DNA of 64,000 bases. Origin: Podarcis tiliguerta. Lineage: Eukaryota. Shown here piece by piece: positions 26,765 to 62,208 of this stretch (the stretch's first letter is position 1; each line of letters begins with the position of its first letter). The notes below the pieces were generated by a model. That model saw nothing but the letters and a program-made list of their open reading frames with translations, made no database searches and was not told the DNA's origin. Made by a program: the position numbers and the translations under genes. Location: the NCBI GenBank assembly GCA_965153285.1, contig OZ229117.1; one strand, 5' to 3'.

Positions 26765-26960
26765 AAGGGATGGGGAATCTCAGGCTCAGGGGCCAAATGA
26801 TTCTCTTCAGGTCTCTCTATTAGGCCTTTGAGATTCACTTCAGGACCACGCCTTCCCCTTCTTACTGGCCTCACTTCACATCCGCCATGAGTGCATTTGT
26901 GAGGCACTCACAACTTTGATAATGCCCCTTTCACACCTGGATGGAGGATGGAGAGAGAGA
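26765..26960 (+). mobile_element. hAT-like MITE fragment (related to ~2865-3120)
   Basis: caagggatggggaatc end; shared tttgataatgcc...ctgga segment. Confidence 0.5.
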
Positions 26961-28525
26961 GGGGCGGACCAAGACATTTTGGCACCTGAAGCAAACCACA
27001 AAATGGCGTCTCCCTTCCCACCAGGGAAGGAGGGGTGAATGAAGATCTACATCAGGAACAACGGGGAGAATAATAATCTACACCAGGATCTGCTGCCCCT
27101 GCTGCCTGAGGCAGTCGCCCCACATTGCCTCCTGGGTGGGCTGGCCCTTGAGAGGGGTATGCGAATGTATGTAGACACTCCACTACTGCACAGAGATGAG
27201 CTTTACATTCATTGCTCCACCCACTGTTGCCTCTGGTCCCACCCGCCACCGGCACATGGTCCCCAGAAAGGAATGTGGCAAGAAAGCCTCATTATCCCTG
27301 CTGCAAATAAATGAACTGGATCAGCCTTTCCCAACCTGGAGCCCTCCAGATATTTTGGACGACAACTCCCACCAGCCCCAGCCATCATGTCCAATGGCAT
27401 AGGTTCCAACACTTTGAAGCCAAAATCTGAGACACCATGTCCCCCCTTTTCATTTTTTCATTATTTTATAATTTTTTATTAGTTTTGCATAAAGGTTATA
27501 CACCATAAACATAACATTTTCACACATTAAAAAAGGGGGTTCTTTCAAACCTTGAGACCTCCTTCCTTTCCTCCACAGGTTCCAATTCTAAATTTTATGT
27601 TCCCGCTTTTCTATCGCAAGAGCATAGTGGCCATTTTGGTTGCCGTGATCTCATGCGATTTCACACCACAGCGCCCCCCCCCCCCCAGTATTTTTTCAAG
27701 CACAGCACCTGGGATTGAACCTGAGAGTTTATGCATGCAGAGCAGATGTTCTCCCCCAAAAGCAAGAGCAATATATAACAGCAGAAAATGGCGCAGAGCA
27801 TCAACCCCAAGGTAGCTTTTTGGGATACATTTGGGTAAGTTAAGGCTCCCATCTGCCAGCTCATTTACAAGAAGACCTTGCACATGTAAATCTATGTTTA
27901 TGTAGTTTCTGCCTTCTTAAATTTACTCACCTTTAATTTCCATACAGATGGAACTTTGGTCAAAAATTTATTTGAGAAGTCACCTTACACCAAGCCAAGC
28001 TGTCGGTCTATCTAGCAAGGTATGATCCACTCTGACTAACAGCAGTCTTGACATACCTGCTACATGAGAGACTGCCTCACCCCTTACACACCCAATGCAT
28101 CCTGCAGGTATCTGTCTCCTTGCAGTCCCCCAAATATCAGAAGGCCATTCATCGGAGAAATGTTGGAGGGTATGCTAGATGCAACTGCAGTTAGTAAGTG
28201 TGTGCCCTGATTTCTAGCAGAGGGCTGTCCCTGCTCCACCAAGGAATAAACCTGGGACTTTCTGCATGCAGCACACTTGAGTGAGTTCCTTCCTCCTGCT
28301 TCCTAACAGATTAAATCAGGGATAGCCAATTAGGTACCCTACAGATGTTGCTGGACTACAGCTCCCATGAGGCTATGGCAGCACAGCCATTGGTCAGGGA
28401 TGGTGGCAGCTGTAGGCCTAGAAGATCTAGACAGCATCATCTTGGCTATCCCTGCATTAAGGGCATACAATCCTGATTACATCAGGCAACAAAAGAATGG
28501 AAAACCTAAGTTATACAAACCATGC

Positions 28526-28558
28526 AAAAATAGAAAAATAGAAAATAGAAAATAGAAA
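28526..28558. repeat. (AAAATAG)-type short tandem repeat, ~4 units
   Basis: Direct read. Confidence 0.85.
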
Positions 28559-29245
28559 ACCTATTTTCCTGGCAGAGCACCCCTGCTTTTTAAAAGGTGC
28601 ATCACAGACAGAAGTTCAGCAGGCACCCCTCTCAGTAGGAACATGCAATAATGGAAGAGCTACACAAAAAAGGCATGACTGTCAAATAATTGCAGGAAAA
28701 TCAATATTATCACAGCAGGTACAAATGAGGTTCGATGTGTGGCCATCGAGAGTCACCACTGCTGCAACTTCATTATAGGCCCGTTCTTGTTTTCACGACC
28801 AAGACCGCATATCTTCAGCCTTCTGTTTCAATAAAATGATTTCCCTTTCAATTTGGGCTAATACTCTTTCAGCTCTAGTGTAATTGGCTATGAATTGAAT
28901 TGACACACGCTCTGCGCATTAATATACACTAGGTTTTAATTACTTGTATACTCAGAGGTTCATAAATGATCATCTCACGCAACCCTCATAGCTTGCCTGA
29001 CAGCAGGTGTGAGGAACCTTTAGCCCTCTAGATGTTACTGAACTACAACTCCCATCAACCTCAGGAAGGATGGCAAACTGCAACTTTTGGAAGGTCAAAG
29101 GCATTTGCAGAGACTGTGTCTGAGGACCAATCCATGCACTGTAAGCTTCCAGTTTGCTTCACAGATGTGCAGCAGTCAACACAAAAAATAGGGCAGGCAC
29201 AACTGTCATTAAAAAAGAAGGAAAAAGATTGAGTGAACATAAGAC

Positions 29246-29428
29246 ATAGCCTTATTCAGAGTCAAACCACTGGCCCATCTAGCTCAGTATTGTCTACACT
29301 GACTGGCAGCAGCTTGCCAGGATTTCTGGCTGGGTTCTCTCCCAGCCCTACCTACAGATGCCAGGAATTGAACCTGGGTCCTTCTGAGTGCAGAGCTGAT
29401 GCTCTACTACTGAGCTATGGCTCTTCCC
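29246..29428 (-). mobile_element. Squam3-type SINE
   Basis: Reverse complement aligns by eye to the 21403 copy. Confidence 0.8.
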
Positions 29429-32400
29429 TGAGAGATGACCAAAACAGATCCAAGTTCGGAAAGAAAGCCAAAGGAAGAAGATGCAGCAGCTGCAATTTGA
29501 TACAGCAATTCCTCTTCCTCTCGAAGAATGGGATGGGCACAGCTCTTCACACAGCAAACGACTTAGGTCGCAGGACTAGGCAAGCAGTCAGGCACTCCTT
29601 TAAGTGGGCTGGGCCTGTGAAGTTTGTTGGTGTCCTCAGTACCAGTTCAGTTTCTTACTCCCAGTCACCACCCCAAAAGGGGAAGGCTAGTGCCTCTACT
29701 GTAAGAGATGCCTGACCAGGGGCAGGGGTCCAATAACACAGGGGCAGAACACCTTGTGGTCCCTCCCTTTGATCACTGGCTTTCTCCTCCAGCTCTGAAG
29801 TTTCCTGAAGCCCTGATTTCACCTCCCCAACCTTCTAGGACCTTCTCCATGTCTATCCAGTCCCAAATTCCACAATCTCCTCCCACGTCTCTTCAGGATC
29901 TGACCTTTCTCTCCAGGACATCTCTGCAGGACTCATGACAACCTGGAGAGCAACCACAAACAAGAGCATCCGGTGGAGCAAATGTCTGATCCAGCATGAA
30001 GCGACTTCATGTCCTTACACCCTCATCTTGAGCAAGCTCCCTCCGTCTCCTTTGCTACTTCTTCAAAGCCCTTCCTTTGGCTAATTAGCCAACTTTCTCG
30101 AGTCTTAAGGAGGAGAATCACTGCCAGCTGGCTACCATCCCAGCGCTCCTGTCTGCCAGACACTCGGAGAGCAAGCAAATGTTTCTGTCAATGTCCATTG
30201 AGCAGGGGACACAGAGCGCCCAGTGAGCCTGGGCCAGCCAATGACTGCAGAGCCTCGGAATACTTCCATAACTGGGTCCGCAGAAACCAAAATGCCAAGC
30301 CGCAAGACGGGCTCGGTATTTTCTTTGCTGCCGCAGGCAGATTAAAATCCACCACAATGAAGAGAGAGACTCAAATATATACAAACGGCTTCTGTATTAC
30401 ACTAACGGTATAATCAGCTGCATGAACTTGAGACTCTTTGGATTATTGATAAACAGCCAGTTTCTGCATAGTCGGTGGTTCACAGCATTTGTGGTATTTG
30501 GGATTTTGTATTGGTTTGGGAGGAAATGCTGTTTATTTAAAGCAAACCTATACAGAATCCCAAACAATGAATGCTACAAAGCACCAGCTACGGATCACCG
30601 GTACAAGTCTGTTGCAGCAATGAGTCTCTTTCAAGTTCATGCAACTGATGGTTGAGTTCTGACTCCTTAGGGAAAGCTCTATCAGGTGCCAGCTTCCAAA
30701 AATAATTGTCACTTGTCTGGCCAAGGGGGTTGTTTAAATGGTGCTGCCTGAAAAGTCAGTCATCACTCCACAAGACTCCCCCCCCCCCAAAAAAAAAAAA
30801 AGCTTGTGGAGCAAAACCCAATTTTAAGGTAGGTTAGGTTGCATTTTATATAGAAACACAGCTGGTAATACGCCAGTTTTTCATAAAGGCAATGGCAGGT
30901 TTGAAGGCCATCCACACAGGATTTTTGCTTGTTGTTTGGAAGGTTTCTCCTGCCCCACAAATCAAAATTTGCTCTCTATTGCTGGATGTGGGAAGTTGCA
31001 CCAGTGGTCCTTCGGCCTGCTGCTCCTATGCTTGAACATGGTGGTAAAATTTCACCCATTGCCGCACTAAGTCACCTTAGGGAGACTCTAGCCTCCTCTT
31101 CCCCGCTCTTTGAGGGTCCCTGGCACCCGGCAGAAGAGAATGGGTGAATGTACCTGTAAATCTACTCTCTTTAACATTTTGCTTTGTCGCTGCAGGTCTT
31201 GTTAAGGAAAAGCAGTGTCCCAATTTTCCTGTTTAAAGAACTGTTTGAAACCTGCAGCTGGCCTGAAGCCCAACTCTTCAATATAGCTCACATCAAAAGG
31301 ATTCCCACCCCCACCCAAAATTGGCCTATTTTAAATAATCACAGAGTTCAAAAGCTAGCCGGTGCTTTTCTAGGATCTCTTAGAAACAAAACAAAACAAC
31401 CCAGGAAATTTCTGAAGTTGAGCCAAGTAATGGCATTTGTGGGGGGTAGGGGAGAGTTGTAAACAGCCAATATTTGGGACTCCCAGTCCTGTGTTTTGAA
31501 ATACAAGAGATCCAGCGAGAATTATGGGGTGTTGGTCCTCCTATCTTTGTTCAGCTGCTGTTGACCAAAATGAAGTAAGAGGTCCATGGAATAGTGAAAA
31601 GAACATTAGGTCTGGATGAAGCCATTTCAGGCTCAAACAAGGTCCTACAAAACTCACGGGATAGTTTTGCACAAGCCAGGAAGGAGAATGCCTTACCAAA
31701 AAAACTGCAATACCTCTTCGGTTCATCCCATTTTCAAGACATTAAAAATCACCATGAAAAATTCACACCCACTTTTGTGCACATCTCTCCTAATACTGTA
31801 TGCTCATTTAAGCATTTGTGCACCTTTCTAGGGCATATTTATATGTGTTATTCTAAAAAAAACAACCCACATTTTTGCACACACTCCCCTCCCCCACTGT
31901 TTTGCACACCCCGCCCCTCCATGTTATGGTCTGAGAACTACATTTCAAAATCCAGAGGAGCTTAGGTAGTTTTCTGAGTTGTGCCAATTAATCGATCTGT
32001 TGGTGGGCAACAGACAAAATCTCTGGATGGAGATGGAACCATCAAGTTCAAAGGATGCCCCTCTGCAGAGGCAAGCTTTGCTTCCCACAAGCTCTTGCAC
32101 AAAACTGCAAAACTCTGTAAACCACATTTAAGGTATGGGAAGCACCGTGATCCAGATTAATCCCAAGTACATCCCACCTCCCTCCATGCCCATATTAAAT
32201 CATCCATGCTTCAACAAGAGGTGGGGAGTTGGAGCCAGCTGACAGGCCAGATCCCCCTGTTCTCTGACTCTTGGATTCAGCCACCTGTCAATCACCTGAG
32301 AGCATCAGAACGTCAGGTGAAGCATCCACTGGCCCGCGTGGCAACCTTTCCCTGCCAGACTTGCTGCAAGCATTGTTCAGCGCTTATAGCAAGTTTCATT

Positions 32401-32854
32401 CTTTAGGCAGGAACTGGGTTGTGCTATGGAGGTCCACTAGAGTTATGCATCCAGTTTATGCCCCAGAACCCTGGTTCAAGAAGTGGACTGCACATGGATC
32501 TACTTAAGGCCTGTGGTTTGATACAGCGGGACTCTACTTCTATCGCTCTGTCTCTCTGCACAACTGTTATGAAGATAATATGAGCTAGCCCCCCCCCCCC
32601 CCCCACTATGCAACCCTATGCTCCAGGGTAGGAAAGCATGGGATTAAAATGTGATTAACTCATACACATTAAAACCTTATTTAAACATGCTTAAAATATA
32701 TATAAGCAATTATAACTACTGTTCAGCTTGAGTATGTAAAATAACTGGGATAATGTGAACAAATTAATTGGCACTTAAGAAAAATTAATGCAAATTAGTT
32801 GCATTTCACGGAGCATCTCAGCAGAGAAGGGAAGCAGGCAGCAGTTGTGTCTTT

Positions 32855-32874
32855 TCGCCACAAGATGGCACCTG
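32855..32874 (+). promoter_or_regulatory. CTCF binding motif
   Basis: cgCCACAAGATGGCAcc matches the CTCF core CCASYAGRKGGCRS with one mismatch; GCAGT upstream-module-like sequence just 5'. Confidence 0.6.
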
Positions 32875-33596
32875 ATGCATGTATTTCAGCCAGAAGCTAG
32901 CTGGTGGCAAAACTGAAAAACAGAAGTTTTGCCATTCCAAGTTCAAGATATATAATGAAACAATGGTTCCACAGCTAAACGTATTTTAAATAAAATTACA
33001 AAATACCAGAGCCAAGGTGTGGGTTGAGGGAAGGATTGGTGCAAGGTAGTCCCTTAACATGCTATACCCAATGCACAGAGGCTAGAGCACATTTCAAACG
33101 TGGGACTCCACACAGGAAGAGTCACATGTGCAAACTTTTGGGTCTCAAGACTGATGAAGTTATGCATCAGATGGGAAACCTGTGGTCCTTCAGTATTACT
33201 AGATGCCAACTTCCGTAAGCCCAAGTGATCAATGCCAAAAGTCAAAGAAGAATGGGGAACCTCAGGAAGGCCCCAGGACTCCCCATCTGTGCTATACATT
33301 ATCACATTTTTCCCCCTTCTGCCCCTCTGCCATGTACAAACCACCCAATGAAGATCATGTAAACACCACAGAATAAACCCCTTGCAAGGATCAAGTGCCT
33401 TTCAAAGCTCCCCCAAGTAATTTAGACAGCCATAAAAATGATAAGTTTTAATAAATATTAATACAGAAATAGGATATGGTACAGTCTCTTCTCTGGGAAA
33501 TTAAGGCTTAATTACAGCAACCCGATATAAAACACTTCTCTAAGCTCTTGGTGGAGACAATCTACCGAGGAGATGACTGCACTCGAGCACAGGATG

Positions 33597-33602
33597 TTTA
33601 TT
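33597..33602 (-). terminator. Candidate distal poly(A) signal AATAAA
   Basis: tttatt on + strand; UGUA elements upstream on the transcript; a second ATTAAA at 33447-33452. Confidence 0.45.
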
Positions 33603-36600
33603 TAACAAAAACACCAGGAATTGTGCAGGCCAATGCAAAACACGCTTTGTTACAACTGCGGAATAAATAAAACCCAAAACCTCAAGAGAGACAGTCTGAA
33701 GAAAAAAAAAAAAGTTCCACCTTCACGTTCACACAAACGCAGCTCTTCTGTAACCATCTCAGCCCTGGGAGCATGACACCAGGGTTTGGGCACCATGCTA
33801 ACGTTGCAACGTCTGCGGGAAAACCTGAAACACGACCTAGAAACAAAATGATTCCACATCCGTAGACATTTCGTTCTGTATATGCGAGTGTTTAAATGTT
33901 CACCTTTGTACAGTTGACATGAGAGGATTAAAAGGACAGTTTCAGAATGCCAAAACTACAATGCGCAATACAAAAGAGGAAGGAAACCAGGGTGCGTGTG
34001 AGGATTTTGTTTAGTTGTTTTTGAGGGGATGAGATATGTAAAGATGATGCTACTTTTTTTTCTTCTTCTTCTCTACTTCACATCACAATCAGAAGGGAGA
34101 GTTCACAGATGCATAACTGCTAGGGAGGAACTGCAACAGCAAGTGATGATGATTTGAAGATGGGAAAACCACCACCACAGATCAAAAACCACCACAAAAA
34201 ACAGGGCTTATTATATACACCACCTCAACACACACACACAGCACTTTTCAATGGAGGCAGCCCAAGTATTGGGATGCATGCTGTATCACTGTACACAATG
34301 CCAGCTCTCGATGCTTCATTGAGTTTAAAATAAGAAAGGCATAAGGAACAAGGCCCCTAAAGTACAGATACGTTCGATTTTGCTACTCCCCACCAACTAC
34401 CCAGCCAGTGGAGCAGGAGCAGGAGCAGAAGCTCCACAAGTTACATGATCATAAGCAGTGACTTAGCCACCTCAACCGCGTCTCTCATCCTCTTGCACAT
34501 TTCCACAAGGGTCTTATTTTAAATATTTAAGGCTTCTCATAGAGTCAAGTAACAGAAGCCACAAAAGCAAAGTGGGAAAGATTGCCACAACAACATTCAG
34601 AACACAAGTATCAAAACACCAGGATTACGAGCAACAGAACCAGAAAATGCTACAAATGAAGAAGAGGGTGTTTTTCAAAGGTTCAAAAGAAGGGGTCTTT
34701 TACTCCTTTCACAGACCATGTGAGGTGGGGTGGGATAAATGGGGCAGCCAAGCCCCCGATTGTTTCCTGCAAGTGGCCCATACATATTTTGCAAAAGCCA
34801 AACTATGGCAAGCCACAGGTAATATCTGGCAAGGTAATCTCCTCTCCATTGCAAAGCAGACTTGGGAAGGTGTTTTGCAACAGAACAGGGGAGAAGGGGA
34901 GCAGTTCTCAGCTCCGTCCAATGTCCCAGAGCAGTATACCTGAAAGCAAACACAGGTCCTTAAAGCACTGGCGAAGGCCAGGTTACCCTTGATCTAAAGC
35001 AATCCCTCCTAAGGAAGTTTTGTTTGCTTTGCATCAAGGGGCTAACCGGGCAAACCATTATGTGTGGCTGCAGCATAAGTAGTCTGAATTTTATAAACAG
35101 GATCAAACTTAAAAGATTTCCAGAAAGTTGGACAATTTAAGGTCACAGTTCCTCCACTGCAAAAAAACAACAGCCCACCCCCACATATAGTTTAATCTCC
35201 TTCCCAAAGGTTTATGAAAGGTGTTTGACCTGTACAGTTGTAACATGCATTTAAATCTGTAGCTTGTTGCATCCACAAGTCTCAGGAACAAACCCTGTGT
35301 ACTTTTGCAGTGGAAAGTTCTCCCTCCCTCAAAAATATGAATCATCAGAGAGATGCCTAAAGTATGTATCCAATACATTTCTGCTCTAAAATGCTTTATC
35401 CACTTCACTTTTGTCAGTTAACATTTTACCATTGTCTCACCATGATTCAATTTTATGTCTGGCCTCAGATTTAAGACCGGAAAACTACGGCAATTGATGC
35501 GAGACCAGGAAGCAGTGTTGTGCCAGGCCCTATTCACACATGCCTCTAGCATAGGCTACCTGCTCAACAGCCTGCAGCAAGTAAGAACGACCTCCAAGAA
35601 AACATTTGCCAAAGGTGGTTTTCTTTGCTGCACTGTTTTAAATTATTTAGATTTACTGTCAGCTGCCCTAAGCATTGTGAATACAGTGGAAAGTGTATAA
35701 AATGAGATTTCTATAAGTCAATCAATTTCTCTCACTATTGGAAACAGTAGTTTTGCAAACTGTTTGGGTATCTTCAGGGAAGCTGGGAAGGACACACACA
35801 AACCTTAGGGCCACAGTTAATAGTTTACAGATAACAGCAGCATAGATGCAAAAGGGGGAATGGTGCAATCTCGTTCTAAATGAATGAGAACAAACACTAG
35901 AAAATGTTTAAGTATAAACGGTAGCGGTGTTGGCCTATAAGAAATATCCCAAAATCTGTATTAGGGTTACCAAAATAGCACTAAAGAATACAGCAGCTTT
36001 CAAAAAGCTTGGGTACTATATAGAGTCAGGATCAGGCAAAGTGGAAGAGACGGGGGCAGGGGGAGAGAGGAATTGGGGAACTTGGGCCAAAAGAGGGAAG
36101 ATATCCCCTTCCCACTCTGATCTCAGTTGCTTTGGAACGGGGAGCAGGGATGCTAGCTGGTGCATGAAGTCTCAGTAGAGGCAGAGGAAGGCTTTGATTA
36201 TTGCGGGGGGGGGGGGGGGGAGGCTGAACAAGAGGTGGTGAGGACTGAACAACATCCGAACAGGAAGGTGCAGCCTTTCCTGGTCAGAACCAGGTGCCCC
36301 CTTTGCAGGTGGGGTGAGAGATGACCGCCCCAACGGAGCAGGAACTTGAAAACTCTGCATTTAAGGGAACAAATCACTCCTCATCTTCAAAAGCTTAGGG
36401 CAACTTTTGTCACTTCTGAATCCTACTCCTGGATCATGATGCCTGAGCCCTGTGTCTGCTGCTGAGCCTGTACCGTTACTTGCCTGTAGGTCTTTTTTAC
36501 TTCCAAATTAAGAGCCACTGTCTGTAAATTGAGTGCAATTTAAAACTGAACTTTTTTTTTTAAAAAAGTCTTATTCAAGATGAAGACTTGCCTCATCCTC

Positions 36601-38027
36601 CTTTATGCCCTCACCCAGAGGGTTGCAGCCAATGAGGAAACAGCAGCCACTTCCAAAGTAGCAGGAAAGAAGTTGTGAGACAGTTGCGGACTAGGGAAAA
36701 AATAAGTGGCAGGAGTAGTCATGGGGTTGAGAAAGCCGGTGGCAGGTATTGGGGGCTGGGTAGGAGTCCCAGCCATTTCACTACATAGCTCCAGGGGCTT
36801 TTGCCACCTCTGCTATATTGCAGCAAAACAAAGTGGCAACTTAAAAGTGAACCAACACATTTCATTTTATGCGACTTAATACACAGTTCGCATCCCAAAC
36901 CAAGTGGAATTTAGTCCTATGTAGATGATGCATATACTGCATCCCAAGTGTGAGTGTTTAGCAGGCTTGGATGCTTATGAGGCAACCAGGTGTGTGGGTG
37001 CAAGCCTGCACTGCAGCAAAAATTCATCCAAAGCAACCCTAAGTGTGTCTTACTCTCTCCCATTTCTAATCAGCAACCTGACCTAAGACAATTCACGTAT
37101 CTACCCATTCACCCACCCCAAGCTAAAAAAGAAAAAAAGAGACACTACAATTTCTCCTTGCCACATTCAAATTTTGTTCGTACTGGATGTGCATTTAGCT
37201 GCTCTTTTTAAAAACGAAATACTTAAGGCAACTACAACAGGAGATATTTTTCCCACTGCAGAGAACTATTAGACTCAACAGTTCATAAAAATATTAAATA
37301 CACTACAAGATACTTGAAAGCAACAAGTAACTTTTCATATGTACTGAGCAGCAACTCAAATGGTTTGACTACACACAGACCTTACTTGATCCTTTTAATA
37401 TAATAAATGTGTAAGTCATCTCCTAAAAAAAGGAAAGAAAATAAATTCAGTCTAAAGCATCAGCTTCCATTTTATAGACTACAGACTTCTGAGCCAATGA
37501 TGTTTCCTGAGGCAAAAAGCTGAACATACTGTCAAGGATGCCGCCTTGTGCCTTGAACCTTAATATTATGCATGGGTGCCTGGAGAGGATATTTTATCCC
37601 AACAACTTGAAGGTATGTATCACACTCTCAAATAAAATACTGTCAAATCCACCTCACAAGCAAGGTGCACCTGATAGTCCCATACAGGAAAGCAGAATAA
37701 GGACAAAAGACTATTTTTGGGGTAGCCAACATGGTGGACCTCAACTGTTATCAGGATTCCCATCAGCCCCAACCAGCCTGGCCGATGGTGACAGGTGATG
37801 TTGCAGTCCAACAGCACCTGAAGGACACCAGGTTGGCTGCCCCAGCCTATTATTCTGTACTACCTTGATTGGCAATCACACCAACCGTAGGGAAAACCAC
37901 AGCAACAGAACTTCCTCACCAGTAATGCCTTAGCATAGTGGGCAGTGGAGACATTGTTTCCCCTCAAAGAAAGACTGCGGTGTGCATATACTACACGGCT
38001 GAATTCCTTATGTGACCTAGATTTGAT

Positions 38028-38030
<3 letters not shown>

Positions 38031-38059
<29 letters not shown>
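38031..38059. repeat. (CA)14 microsatellite in the putative 3' UTR
   Basis: Direct read. Confidence 0.97.
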
Positions 38060-38062
<3 letters not shown>

Positions 38063-39335
38063 AAAAAGATACTTTAAAAAGGTTAGCTCTTTAACATCCC
38101 TGCTGTTTTTGAACCTTTCTAAATCAACTTTGCCACCTTCTTTTTACCAATCACAGCTGCAAGTCATAGGATGGTCTTTGACTCTCAGAAGTAAAACTAC
38201 ACTGGAGTCAGAAGTTCCAAGTGACTGGGCAGTGTCAGGGCAGGGGGATTAGAAAATTCATGAAAGCAAACATGCGGGAAGTTTGCTAAGGAGTTTTCCA
38301 AACGTAGGAGAATGCCAGAGTATAAGAAGCAGTTTTTAAAAGCAAACTTCCACTGAAAGTCAAGCTTGAACACAGTGCCAATGTAATGGAAATACCTTTC
38401 AGAAGAATTTTATGTGGGTGCACCCATTATGGAAGCATGACATCAGAATGAGTCATCCACACAACCTGCTCAGAGATGATCCTGCAAACACCATCCAGTT
38501 CACAGAATAGACTGAGTGAGTTGTGTGGATAAAGGAAAATACCGAAATGCTTCCAGCTATGGGAATTAGTCTAAACACCAACTTGTAGCTACAAAACATT
38601 TACACCAGCTTAATCTTCGCCGTTTTCCAGCAGGCAACCATTAGCTACAAAGGGAACACTGAGCATTCTTGGTCCAGGGGAATACAATGGAGGAAACAGA
38701 CAGCTAATGCGTTTTGCACACTCATTCAACACAATAAAGATGTTTTGTTCCTGTTGTGATTTAACTTATACCAGGTCAAAATAAGCAAAACAAAAGCCTC
38801 AGTGCCAAGATTCAGGCCAGCATCCAGTGTATTACAGAGGTGAAGTGCCTTGACTGTACAACCTATACAATGCTGGAGAAAACACACATATTAATACAGT
38901 CCTCTCCCTTAGGCTTTGTGGTTCCCTGGATGAGGTCTATGCAGAAAATTCCACAAGGCAATTTTGAAACACATAAAACTTCACTCCATGTACACAACTC
39001 CTCTGAAATTGCAGCCTAAACATTTTAATAGCTTCATTTAGACTTCTTTTATTTTTTTAGAAAAACCCTACACGCACACGCACACACACGCACTTCCTAG
39101 AGTGCAAAATGCTTATTAAGTACTTTAGCAACAGAACATTGCATTGTAAGGTTTTTTCCACCCCTTCTTTAAAATATGCACTTCTTTTGCCATAGACGTT
39201 TGCTTTCCACCCCCTTTGAAGCATCCATTGCCGGCAACAGATGCACGAGCAAGTGCGCCGACAGTCCTGCTGAATCTTCTTGGGCCACAGTCAAGTTGCT
39301 GGGAAGCTGCTTCCCTTCTTCCAGACGACAGCTTT

Positions 39336-61995
<22,660 letters not shown>

Positions 61996-62208
61996 GCTGC
62001 CTTTTTTTTTTTTTTAACTCCACAAACCTAGATTCAATATGGTTCAAGCTTTGTATGAGTACAAAGAAGAAACGTTCAAGAAAGCCAAGTTGCCAACATA
62101 ACTGCCAAGGAATTAGATGCTCCTACTAAAAGGCCCCTGTTCGATTTCCCATAGTGAGTTAATGATTCTTCATCCATGTCCTAATGAGCTAAATCCAGAA
62201 CGGATGAC
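61996..62208 (-). other. CYLD: Probable 5' UTR portion of the CYLD ATG-containing exon
   Basis: Polypyrimidine acceptor tcttttatttttgtgtccag at 62209-62228; contains the relic ancestral N-terminal codons. Confidence 0.65.

Larger units (their letters stand above)
33575..39335 (-). other. CYLD: Putative long CYLD 3' UTR (~5.7 kb)
   Basis: U-rich on the minus strand; AATAAA at 33597-33602; mammalian CYLD has a multi-kb 3' UTR. The end point is inferred. Confidence 0.5.

Noticed and set aside
29233-29715. 160-aa ORF
   Set aside because: Read-through of an antisense Squam3-type SINE into flank; no recognisable domain or exon structure.
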